From Candidatus Nanoanaerosalina archaeon (GTDB taxonomy: Archaea; Nanohalarchaeota; Nanosalinia; Nanosalinales; Nanoanaerosalinaceae): a stretch of 36,658 bases of DNA. Position numbers and translations under genes: made by a program. The notes under the pieces are model-generated. The model saw only the letters and a list, made by a program, of their open reading frames with translations, searched no databases and was not told the DNA's origin. Below are positions 6,984-15,483 of the stretch, in pieces. Every line of letters begins with the position of its first letter. Positions within the stretch are counted from its first letter, which is position 1. Location of the stretch: NCBI GenBank assembly GCA_022729275.1, contig JALDAH010000002.1, positions 1-36,658 on the forward strand, written 5' to 3'.

Positions 6984-6994
6984 TTATTACATAT

Positions 6995-7435
6995 CTATGG
7001 TCCTGCAGCAAGCTCCTCTAAAAGATCAACATAACCCGGCCATGTATGAAGTAAATCGGTCTGAGTTACTATACCAACCACTTCTCCGGATCCTGAAACA
7101 ATAGGAACTCTAGAAATATCGTTCTTGATCATTTTTACCGCCACATCATAAACATTATCGGATTCAAAACTGACTATCACATCTTCCGTCATGATATCCT
7201 TGACTTTGATCTCGGATACATCCTCCCCTTCTGCCACTACTTTATATAATATGTCTTTTCCAGCTATTATACCTATCACTTCATTGTTTTCTACTACAGC
7301 TAATCCTCTTACATCTTTTTCATTCATTTCTTGGGCTGCTTCTTTTATAGAAGCATTTTTATCGATTCCATATACATCATTGCTCATTATTTCGCTGACA
7401 CTTAGTTTGTTCATACCTAATTTTTTATTCCTCAA
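6995..7435 (-). CDS. CBS-domain pair protein
   Basis: Two CBS repeats are present: VSEIMSNDVYGIDKNASIKEAAQEMNEKDVRGLAVVENNEVIGIIAGKDIL and VKDIMTEDVIVSFESDNVYDVAVKMIKNDISRVPIVSGSGEVVGIVTQTDLL. Confidence 0.85.
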   Translation of the reverse strand: MRNKKLGMNKLSVSEIMSNDVYGIDKNASIKEAAQEMNEKDVRGLAVVENNEVIGIIAGKDILYKVVAEGEDVSEIKVKDIMTEDVIVSFESDNVYDVAVKMIKNDISRVPIVSGSGEVVGIVTQTDLLHTWPGYVDLLEELAAGP

Positions 7436-7479
7436 CTAATTAAAACTAACTATCACGTAAGAAATATGAAACAAAAAAT

Positions 7480-7801
7480 GAATGTGAAATTAAACTCTGA
7501 ACGACACACCCCCTTATTTCATCTGGAGAAAAAGGTGTTATTAAAACCTGGAAAAGTTTTATCAAAACAACCCCTTCATTTCTATTAAAATTGTTATTGT
7601 AAAATAACAACATTTAGTTGGCGTGTTGGACTCTGTAAACAGAAAAAAACTTCATATGCAGATACTAAAAAACAATAATTTACAACACAACAATACATAT
7701 AAACCCCCTTCCATGGAAAAAAGCAGTGTGAACAAAAAACATATATACCCCCCTATTTCATGTGCAGAAAAACTTATAAAACCCTTCTATGTATGGAAAA
7801 G
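7480..7801. other. cluster of ORB-like (origin recognition box) motifs downstream of the PolD large-subunit gene
   Basis: C-string plus dyad motifs occur in one orientation. They are 7505-7533 CACACCCCCTTATTTCATCTGGAGAAAAA, 7568-7590, 7701-7723 AAACCCCCTTCCATGGAAAAAAG, 7745-7772 ATACCCCCCTATTTCATGTGCAGAAAAA and 7778-7801. A weaker opposite-orientation copy lies near 7480-7495. Confidence 0.5.
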
Positions 7802-7814
7802 AAAATGAAAAAAA

Positions 7815-10800
7815 TTATTTAGATGTGAACTGACCAAGACTGGACTGCCTGTCAGCTCTGCCGAATAAAGATATAATCTGGTCCTTTAAAAGATAAATAT
7901 ACTGTCTTCTATAATTAGAAACCTTAAATTCATCAGCTATTTCCTCAGAGGGTTCAAGATATTTTCTTATAGCGCCTTCAGAAACTGTCAGAAGTATTCT
8001 GCCTCCGCATCTTGTACATACTCCTCTCAAAGGAACTCTCCTGAACTTTTCATTACAGTTCACACATCGGAATCTCTGCCTAGAAAAAGCGTTCAAGTTT
8101 CCCTTTATATCAGGTATAAAATGCTCTGTCAATAAAAGCTCGGCCAACATATCTTCATTGACGGATTTTATTTTTTTCCCGAGATCAAGTTGTGTCTGAA
8201 CTTTTTCGGACATCTCTCCAAGAGTAACATAGTTAGACTGAACAGGACCGTCTTCTATGTCTTTAGTAGGGTGTGTAAAATCAAAATCAAAAGACTGGTT
8301 TTTTTCGATCAAGTTCTCAGCAAGACCTATATTTAACTCGAAAGGAGAACAGAAGTTTTGGGATTTTTCATAAAGTTCCAAGGGATACTCAGAAACCACG
8401 TCAACGTTCCATGATTCATCATCAACCTCGTCAGGATGTAGAACTGTTGAAAGGATTAAAGGAGCGTCCATGGTTCTAGAACCTGTGCTGTCCGGTAAAA
8501 ACTGTCTAGAAAAGTTTAATAAAGCATCCATCAAAAGTATTACCGAATCCTCATCTCCGTCGCAGTTTCTTCTTTTTGCAGCATGCCAGTAAGGGTGTGC
8601 ATAAGTGCCCTTTGCATCGGCAAAACCTATTATCCTTCCAACTATGCCTCCGGATGTGTGAGGTGCAAGACCTATCACAAGCTCCCCTACCAGGTCTTCT
8701 GCTTTTTCAAAGTTGTAAAAAGAATCCAGTCCATAAAATTTTTCAAGTAGTTCATCAACGAACTTAGAAACGTTTAGAAGGTATTCATCGGCGGAAAAGT
8801 TGTAGCTGTTGTTGGATAAAACTATGTCTTGCGGCTTTAATACCAATACCTGATCGTCTCTTTCAAGTTTTTCTCCATTCACATCTTTTTTGTAACCCAG
8901 TTCTCTCAATTTATCAACAGAGGTTCCTATTTCACAAGGTTTAAAATGTGTAAGCGTCAAATCAGTTGAATCATATCTTACTGTGCCGTCCTTGTTGACA
9001 TATAGGTCGTACTTTTCTCTCAAAAGACCTTTCTCTATCGGTTCAACATGCCTTAGTTTACCGGTTACTTTTTTCGGTGACTTCAAAAGTTCTGGAAGAA
9101 CCCTCAAACCAAGATTTCTCTTTGCCTTGTTCATAAGTTCCTTGACCGGTATCTTGGTCTTTTTACTTCTCGACGTTTCTCCGCCACAGTTTCCGCATTT
9201 ATTTTCTTTACCTCTTTTACCACATTTTTTACACGTCCTCACCGGTTCGGATTTTTTCCCACAGTAAGGACAGTAGGAGAAATGAACTGTTCTGTTGCAT
9301 TCAGTGCAGAAATTATGTATTATTTCCTCGTTAACCGTTCCGTGTTCGCCATAACTTCTCATAAAATTACGCATTCTTCCTCCTTCCTCAGATCCACAGG
9401 GGAAAAGAAAGTGGGGGTCTCCTTTTAAAGACCTTCTCTCGGCTTTCTCCGGTCTTCCCATCCTTGCTCCTATATACACGGAATCTCTTTCTCGGATTTC
9501 AACTCCCAAAACATCCGAGATGCCTTTTATTATGCTTTCTTCAAAATCGCTTAAATCTGTTTTTTCAGGTTCCAGAGACCTATAAAGAATCTTAGAATCC
9601 TTTTCAGACAATATTATTTGTTGGCCGGATATTTCATGCTGAACAAAAAGTTCCTCAAGAGGTTTCTTAGCGGATTTTCCTAGCTTTAGCTTTTCGCCTT
9701 TATCAAAATCTGCTTTTTCAACTTCTTCATAAAGTTTTTTGAACAGTTCAAAATCTATACCAGACCAGAAAAACGTCATCCAGGGATGCAAAGGAACTTC
9801 TAATTTCTCCGATATTTTTATAGCTTCTTCAAAAGTAGGTTGTCCAAAAGGTCTTTTGATAAACTTCTTGATATCGAGATCTTTTTTTCCGTTTTTTTCA
9901 AGTGCTTTCCTCACATCCTTGGACCACCACTCAACAACATAAGGGGAAGGCACAAGATCTTTGCCATTCTCCACGAATTCTCCAAATGGAACAAGAACAT
10001 CTCCAAGGAAAAGAATCTCATCAATATCTCCTATGATCTCTCTGGCTTCCTCTCTGCTGTTTATACTCAAAACACTTCCGTCCTCCAGTCTTACAACAGG
10101 GCCTTCCACTGAATCGCAAGGTGTTGAAACAGTTGCCTTTCCAGGATATTCCATCTTTAGCTGTGTTCCGAGAGCCATAAACCTCTCAGTAACTTCCATT
10201 GTAGCAGGGTGGAAAGAAAGAGCTGCAAGACCTCCGGTCCTCGATCTTCCATATCTTATCCTGAAACCTCCTCTAACACCTGGAAAAGAAAAAATAGGTC
10301 TGCCCGCGACTACATGTTCCAAAAACTTGTCCGAAGCTTCATAAATTTTTTCTCCCTCGTCTTCTTCCTCAGCCTCTTCGGTACCGTTTCCATTATCTGA
10401 ATGTATTTCTTTCTGTAATTCCAGATAATCTTCGACCCATGACCAGTTTTCTATCCCAAAATCCTCTCCATAATTGTTTACTCTTTTCTTTATTTTTGGA
10501 GCTTTTAGTGGAAGACCATCAAGGTATATCAGACACATACCGCCTCTAATTCTGTTTGTATCCACTCTTTCTAAATCTTTGTAACTTGAAACTTCAAGGC
10601 TTTCTGTAGGAGTTCCGGTAATTTCAACAGGGACGTTCTCAGCTATAAAACGAGTTTCTTTTCTTTCAGGAGTGTACTGTTTTGTAGTGATCCTTGTAAA
10701 ATAATCCTCTACCTCAACAGCATACCTTTCGATTTCATCATCTCTTATCTTGAATCTTTCCAGACCGATGTTTTTTCTGATATAATCAGCCAGTAAAACA

Positions 10801-11291
10801 GACATTGCAGAAGCGGTTCCTCCTGCAGATCTTATAGGCCCTGCATACGAAACAGCCAGATACTTTGATCCATCATCATTTCTCTTTATGAATGTGTCGG
10901 ATATTCCTTCCAAAGGTGCTGTAACAATACCTCCTGTTATATAAGCGAGTCCTACTCTTATACCTGCATCCACAGCGTTTTCGAGTGATTCAAACTTAAC
11001 AAACTTTCCGCTCGCTATTTCCTCTCCTATCTTGAAAGCCACTCTTTCGTCATTTTTTCCATACTCTTTTTCCAGTTCTTCTATCCTTTGCTCCGCTCCA
11101 CAACCTTCAAGTTCAGGATAAAGAGACGCTGATATCAGTCCCAAAGATTTAGCTGCTAGATTTTCTGCAACAGGGATATCGACATTTTTTTCCGGGTCTT
11201 TTCCTTTTGACCTAGCTTTTTCAGCTACTACATATGCCTTCTCAGTCTTTTCCTCTATATCATTAAAATACTGTTCCATCCGTTCTACCAA
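7815..11291 (-). CDS. dp2: DNA polymerase D (Pol II) large catalytic subunit DP2
   Basis: An 1158-aa ORF with the characteristic DP2 N-terminus and Cys clusters (CTECNRTVHFSYCPYCG...CKKCG...CGNCGG; CVNCNEKFRRVPLRGVCTRCGG). GAGGTG lies 7 nt upstream of the TTG start at 11291. No intein-sized insertion is evident. Confidence 0.95.
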   Translation of the reverse strand: MVERMEQYFNDIEEKTEKAYVVAEKARSKGKDPEKNVDIPVAENLAAKSLGLISASLYPELEGCGAEQRIEELEKEYGKNDERVAFKIGEEIASGKFVKFESLENAVDAGIRVGLAYITGGIVTAPLEGISDTFIKRNDDGSKYLAVSYAGPIRSAGGTASAMSVLLADYIRKNIGLERFKIRDDEIERYAVEVEDYFTRITTKQYTPERKETRFIAENVPVEITGTPTESLEVSSYKDLERVDTNRIRGGMCLIYLDGLPLKAPKIKKRVNNYGEDFGIENWSWVEDYLELQKEIHSDNGNGTEEAEEEDEGEKIYEASDKFLEHVVAGRPIFSFPGVRGGFRIRYGRSRTGGLAALSFHPATMEVTERFMALGTQLKMEYPGKATVSTPCDSVEGPVVRLEDGSVLSINSREEAREIIGDIDEILFLGDVLVPFGEFVENGKDLVPSPYVVEWWSKDVRKALEKNGKKDLDIKKFIKRPFGQPTFEEAIKISEKLEVPLHPWMTFFWSGIDFELFKKLYEEVEKADFDKGEKLKLGKSAKKPLEELFVQHEISGQQIILSEKDSKILYRSLEPEKTDLSDFEESIIKGISDVLGVEIRERDSVYIGARMGRPEKAERRSLKGDPHFLFPCGSEEGGRMRNFMRSYGEHGTVNEEIIHNFCTECNRTVHFSYCPYCGKKSEPVRTCKKCGKRGKENKCGNCGGETSRSKKTKIPVKELMNKAKRNLGLRVLPELLKSPKKVTGKLRHVEPIEKGLLREKYDLYVNKDGTVRYDSTDLTLTHFKPCEIGTSVDKLRELGYKKDVNGEKLERDDQVLVLKPQDIVLSNNSYNFSADEYLLNVSKFVDELLEKFYGLDSFYNFEKAEDLVGELVIGLAPHTSGGIVGRIIGFADAKGTYAHPYWHAAKRRNCDGDEDSVILLMDALLNFSRQFLPDSTGSRTMDAPLILSTVLHPDEVDDESWNVDVVSEYPLELYEKSQNFCSPFELNIGLAENLIEKNQSFDFDFTHPTKDIEDGPVQSNYVTLGEMSEKVQTQLDLGKKIKSVNEDMLAELLLTEHFIPDIKGNLNAFSRQRFRCVNCNEKFRRVPLRGVCTRCGGRILLTVSEGAIRKYLEPSEEIADEFKVSNYRRQYIYLLKDQIISLFGRADRQSSLGQFTSK

Positions 11292-11325
11292 CCATATACA
11301 CCTCTAAATGTTTTAATCAACAATT

Positions 11326-12726
11326 TTAAACCTCCTTAACCTTAACATCTCTAGTCATGAGGTTTACCATAGCTATTTTCCCAGGATCTGGTTTGTGGCC
11401 CATCCTTTTCTGAAAAGAAGTCTGGCTCTGCATAGTTCCTGAAGAAATTAAATTAATGCCTTTATAGTTTGAAATGCTGAATCCGTGTGTATGACCCATA
11501 ACAAATATGTCAGGAACCATATCTATAACCAAATAATCTCTATCCTCAGGGCTCAAAAGATTAGAACCATACATAGGCGCAAGATGTCTTCTCTTTATAT
11601 AATCCACCATGCATCTGCACGGATCCTCATAAGCGTTCTCCCTAAGATCAGGTATCGAATCAACGTGTCCATCAAAAGAATAACCGTGGTACAATAAAAC
11701 TCGTATCCCTCCTGAAGAAAATCCATGTATAGTAACGGTTGCAGGATTGGAAAGGAAATGCACGTTTTCACGGTCATGTAATTCAGAACATACTTTCCTT
11801 GGTAAAGGTGGTTGAGGTTCTGCCATCCTTACAACATCGTGGTTTCCTGGTGTTACGACAACCTGTATGTGTTCGGGAATCACATCTACAAATTCTCTGA
11901 ATTCATCGTACTGTGAATAAACGTCATGAACATCAAGATCGTTCTCCTGTCCAGGATAATTTCCTATGCCTTCAACAATATCACCGTTTAAAAAAATATA
12001 TCCTATCTTATTCGCAACTCCTTTACCGGAACAAACCCACTCAGCGAACTTCAAAGCTTTGTTTCCAAAAGCGTCCTTTGAACCGAAATGTAGATCTGAC
12101 AGGAACGCAGCATAAACCTCTTCATCGGTTTCACCGTACTCTCTTGAAAGAGGTACATCCGGTCTTATCACTTCGCTTGCAAAAACAATATCATCTCCAA
12201 CAACTCCTTTAAATCCAACCACTTCATCTGAGACGATCCATTCACCCTCATCTTCATCAACAAGAACTTTAGTCATACCTGTATCATCTTCTACATAAAC
12301 TATCCAACGACCGCTGTTAACCTTGTACTTTCTTGAAACCATTCCTATTATAGAAACATCTTCCCTGTCATTGTAACCTTTCAATCTTCCTATTGAAATA
12401 GCATCTGATAATTCAACCCTGTTCATCAAAAATTCTTTCAGTCTGAAAAACCTGTCATTGAAATACTGAACAAACTCATCAACATCTTTACCCTCTTCTT
12501 TCCCTGTAAAACACTTTTCTATAACTATATCAGTTTCTAAACCATTCTCATAACATTTCTTGTTTTTTCTTATTTCTGAAAGTGATTCCTCGTCAATATG
12601 ATCTATGTTTTTTTCTGACTCCATAATTCTATAAAAATCTCTCTCAGAAATATAATCAGCTACATCTGGACTTACAGTAATACCTTTTTTCAAAAATTTT
12701 TTTATCAAACTGTTTCCGTCCATCAA
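11326..12726 (-). CDS. dp1: DNA polymerase D small subunit DP1 (Mre11-like phosphoesterase/exonuclease)
   Basis: Calcineurin-type phosphoesterase motifs are present (LSDLHFGS, NGDIVEG, GNHD, GHTH). It sits between cdc6 and DP2. Confidence 0.9.
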   Translation of the reverse strand: MMDGNSLIKKFLKKGITVSPDVADYISERDFYRIMESEKNIDHIDEESLSEIRKNKKCYENGLETDIVIEKCFTGKEEGKDVDEFVQYFNDRFFRLKEFLMNRVELSDAISIGRLKGYNDREDVSIIGMVSRKYKVNSGRWIVYVEDDTGMTKVLVDEDEGEWIVSDEVVGFKGVVGDDIVFASEVIRPDVPLSREYGETDEEVYAAFLSDLHFGSKDAFGNKALKFAEWVCSGKGVANKIGYIFLNGDIVEGIGNYPGQENDLDVHDVYSQYDEFREFVDVIPEHIQVVVTPGNHDVVRMAEPQPPLPRKVCSELHDRENVHFLSNPATVTIHGFSSGGIRVLLYHGYSFDGHVDSIPDLRENAYEDPCRCMVDYIKRRHLAPMYGSNLLSPEDRDYLVIDMVPDIFVMGHTHGFSISNYKGINLISSGTMQSQTSFQKRMGHKPDPGKIAMVNLMTRDVKVKEV

Positions 12727-12732
12727 ACAACC

Positions 12733-13926
12733 TCAGATATAAAACTTGTTTTTTAGAATGTTGTCCAGTTTTTCAACTATGCTTTTATCAAGGTCAACAG
12801 ATATTTTTCTTGTTCTTCCATATCTGCCTTTAGAAACTACTCTAGCATTTATAACCCCTAACATGTCAAGTTCAGCAATTAGATCACTCACTCTCCTCTG
12901 GGTTAATGGTTTACTTCCTGCTCTTCTGGCCATATCTTGATAATCTTTATATACATCTCCTGTATGTATTTCTCCTTCATCCATGTTTATTATTGTATAT
13001 AAAATTATTTGAGAATGTTTTGGTTGGCTTCTAACAGCTTCTACAACTCTATCTTTTTCTATTTTATCTTGTGCTCGATCAACATGTTTTGTTGTAACTT
13101 TTTTTTCATCTTCTCTTTCGGCAAGTTCCCCTGCTACTCTTAAAAGATCTATAGCTCTTCTTGCATCTCCGTGTTCTGAAGCTGCTAGTGCAGAACATTT
13201 TGAAATAACGCCGTTATCAAGAACCTCTTCGTTAAACCCTTCTTCACATCTCTGTTTAAGAATTCTTTTCAGTTCCATTCCATCATATGGAGGAAAAATT
13301 ATTTCTTCCTCTGAAAGAGAACTTTTTACCCTGGCATCTATATAATCAACGAAGTTAAGATCGTTTGAAATTCCTATAAGAGATACTTTTGTGGATTTTA
13401 AATCATCATTTACCCTTGTAAGGTTATACAAAAAATCATCTCCAATTTTACGTACAAGCGCATCTATCTCGTCAAGAACTAAAATAACAACCCCTGTTTT
13501 ATCTTCTAAAGCTTCAAAAAATCTTTCATATACTGCATCTGTAGGTAACCCTGTTGCTGGAACTTCTGCTCCAAGCTCTCTTGCTAATTTTGCTGATAAC
13601 CTGTATTCTGTATCAGCAACTTTCTTCATTTTGCAGTTAATATAAACAACATTTAATTTGCTGGAACCATTTCCAGCTACTTTCATTAATTCTTCGCAAA
13701 CATGTTTTGTGACAAGTGTTTTTCCCGTACCCACAGTACCATAAACAAAAACATTTGATGGATCATTTCCTTTAAGACATGGAGCAAGAATTGAAGCTAA
13801 TTCATCTACCTGTTTATCCCTGTGTAAAATATTATCAGGATGGAAATTTGTGGATAATACATCTTTATTTTTAAAAATAGATTCTCTCTCAAGATATTCT
13901 GTAAATTTCTCCTGAAGTGAACTCAT
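12733..13926 (-). CDS. cdc6: Orc1/Cdc6 replication initiator
   Basis: It has AAA+ Walker A (GTVGTGKT) and Walker B (VLDEID) motifs and a C-terminal winged-helix region (RRVSDLIAELDMLGVI). It heads the operon next to the ORB-bearing spacer. Confidence 0.92.
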   Translation of the reverse strand: MSSLQEKFTEYLERESIFKNKDVLSTNFHPDNILHRDKQVDELASILAPCLKGNDPSNVFVYGTVGTGKTLVTKHVCEELMKVAGNGSSKLNVVYINCKMKKVADTEYRLSAKLARELGAEVPATGLPTDAVYERFFEALEDKTGVVILVLDEIDALVRKIGDDFLYNLTRVNDDLKSTKVSLIGISNDLNFVDYIDARVKSSLSEEEIIFPPYDGMELKRILKQRCEEGFNEEVLDNGVISKCSALAASEHGDARRAIDLLRVAGELAEREDEKKVTTKHVDRAQDKIEKDRVVEAVRSQPKHSQIILYTIINMDEGEIHTGDVYKDYQDMARRAGSKPLTQRRVSDLIAELDMLGVINARVVSKGRYGRTRKISVDLDKSIVEKLDNILKNKFYI

Positions 13927-13970
13927 TTTAACAACCGTTGAATTAACATAGAAAGACTAATTTTAAAACA

Positions 13971-14121
13971 GTTTCCACTTGAAACAAGGTAGTTCTACAC
14001 CACCACCCCTTTGTTTCCTATGGAAATATAGTAATAATAACAATATAAGTATAACAGTGTTATATTATGATTATATTATGTTTTTTCTCTTGTTTAAATC
14101 TCCATATGAAATTAAGGTGTG
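13971..14121. other. oriC: candidate replication origin (ORB elements flanking an AT-rich unwinding region)
   Basis: Three ORB elements are present. O1 is 13971-13992, GTTTCCACTTGAAACAAGGTAG. O2 is 14001-14027 and its reverse complement reads ATTTCCATAGGAAACAAAGGGGTGGTG. O3 is 14098-14121, ATCTCCATATGAAATTAAGGTGTG. O2 and O3 are inverted around a 70-nt, very AT-rich stretch (14028-14097). Confidence 0.65.
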
Positions 14122-14230
14122 ATACCTTAAAAAAATATAACAATGTTATATTTTTTGATTTTATTTTATTTCACAGAAAATGAATATATAACTATGTTAT
14201 GTGAAATAAAATTTATATAACACTGTTATA
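14050..14230. repeat. four copies of the 15-bp palindrome TATAACANTGTTATA
   Basis: The copies are 14050-14064 TATAACAGTGTTATA, 14136-14150 TATAACAATGTTATA, 14187-14201 TATAACTATGTTATG (imperfect) and 14216-14230 TATAACACTGTTATA. Confidence 0.85.
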
Positions 14231-14235
14231 TTATT

Positions 14236-15303
14236 CTAGAGGAGTAATACAGGTATAATTATACATGACATCAATAATGATTTTTTTGCATCCAGACGTG
14301 AACTTATTAGACCTACACCGGTTGAAATGAAATAAATACTTACACCTGTGTGACCTGTCATATATAGTATCAGGAGAAGAAGTAATGTAATTATAGTGAT
14401 TTTTATTATTTTTTCATCTATTTTTTCTAAAATGAAAGAGAACATGAAAACTATTTTTTTACTTAATAACAACGTTAAACCTGAACTTATAATTCCAACA
14501 GAAATAATATACAATATTTTGATTTTTTCAGTGGAATAATTTGAAATAATGAAATCAGCAAGACCTGTTCTACTCCTAAGACTTGTTAAAATAATAATCA
14601 TTGAAGTAATAATATTAGTAGTATTTACAGATCCAAGTGCAGACATGAATTCTAGTCTATCCTCAGTATCAAGTACAGTAGCTGTGGATGAAGGACCTAT
14701 TCCAGGTAAAACAGATGAAAATATTCCTGCTATAAATCCCTTGAAACCTCCGACAAAATTTTTTTTATTGGGAAAAAAGAAATTAATTTTTTGAACAGGA
14801 AAATCATTACTAAATTTTTTTACCAGCAAAGGAGTTCCAAAAAGACCAGCAAACATAGGAAGGAAAGCTTCAGAAGTTCCTATTGAATTTATATTAAATA
14901 CTATCAAACCCACTAAAGAACCTAAAAAAACAGTTAATAAACCTTCTCTTATTTTTTTACAACTTAATATTATGTAGAAAAGAATAATTATTATAATAAA
15001 ATTTTGAATATATGATATGATTTCTAAAAAATAATTATAGAAAAAATAAAGAGGATATAAAAACAAGCAAGTGATTATAACTCCTGTTATAGATCCGTAG
15101 TAAGTTGTAAAAAAAGCCTTTGATCCTTCTCCTTTTAACACAAATTTTTTACCAGGTAATGTTATTAAAGGAGAATTTTCGTCAGGTATACCTATGAAAA
15201 TAGAAGGGCCATGATTTATCAGGCTATGAGTTATACCAATACCAAGAGCAAACATCACACCGTTTATACCATCTATAGAATAAACCATCAATACAGAAAA
15301 CAC
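14236..15303 (-). CDS. polytopic membrane protein, TctA/DUF112-like permease
   Basis: It is highly hydrophobic throughout, with LPGIGPSSTATVL-type motifs. The reading frame stays open a further 29 codons upstream of the GTG start (to 15390), and that stretch encodes a family-like N-terminus. Confidence 0.5.
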   Translation of the reverse strand: MFSVLMVYSIDGINGVMFALGIGITHSLINHGPSIFIGIPDENSPLITLPGKKFVLKGEGSKAFFTTYYGSITGVIITCLFLYPLYFFYNYFLEIISYIQNFIIIIILFYIILSCKKIREGLLTVFLGSLVGLIVFNINSIGTSEAFLPMFAGLFGTPLLVKKFSNDFPVQKINFFFPNKKNFVGGFKGFIAGIFSSVLPGIGPSSTATVLDTEDRLEFMSALGSVNTTNIITSMIIILTSLRSRTGLADFIISNYSTEKIKILYIISVGIISSGLTLLLSKKIVFMFSFILEKIDEKIIKITIITLLLLLILYMTGHTGVSIYFISTGVGLISSRLDAKKSLLMSCIIIPVLLL

Positions 15304-15483
15304 TGTGTTAGGATGAACACCAGGAAGACTTCCAGTAACAAGTCCTGAAAGACAACCTATTAATGCAAATATAACAGGATGAAGTATTGTTCACACACCT
15401 AGTGAAAAAAAGATCTCCATATAATTTTTCAGGTTAATACAAAAAAATATTCATTATACTAATGTTTTCATAAATAAATGAAA

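Noticed and set aside
3634-6994. CRISPR array or MITE/IS interpretation of the island repeats
   Set aside because: The repeats are 165-310 nt, imperfect and irregularly spaced, and complete genes lie between them, so this is not CRISPR. No terminal inverted repeats, target-site duplications or transposase were found, so there is no support for a MITE or IS.
7623-7808. 61-aa plus-strand ORF (GTG start) in the polD-CBS spacer
   Set aside because: It is made up of the repeated ORB-like boxes and A-rich DNA, which gives the K/N-rich low-complexity translation. It is more likely a non-coding origin or regulatory spacer.
7815-11291. Possible intein in the PolD large subunit
   Set aside because: The length (1158 aa) is ordinary for an intein-free DP2. 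No extra block with intein-like motifs was noticed.
8576-13645. Plus-strand ORFs of 60-127 aa inside the PolD and cdc6 genes (for example 9961-10344, 11913-12212, 13391-13645)
   Set aside because: They are antisense shadows of three very well supported replication genes.
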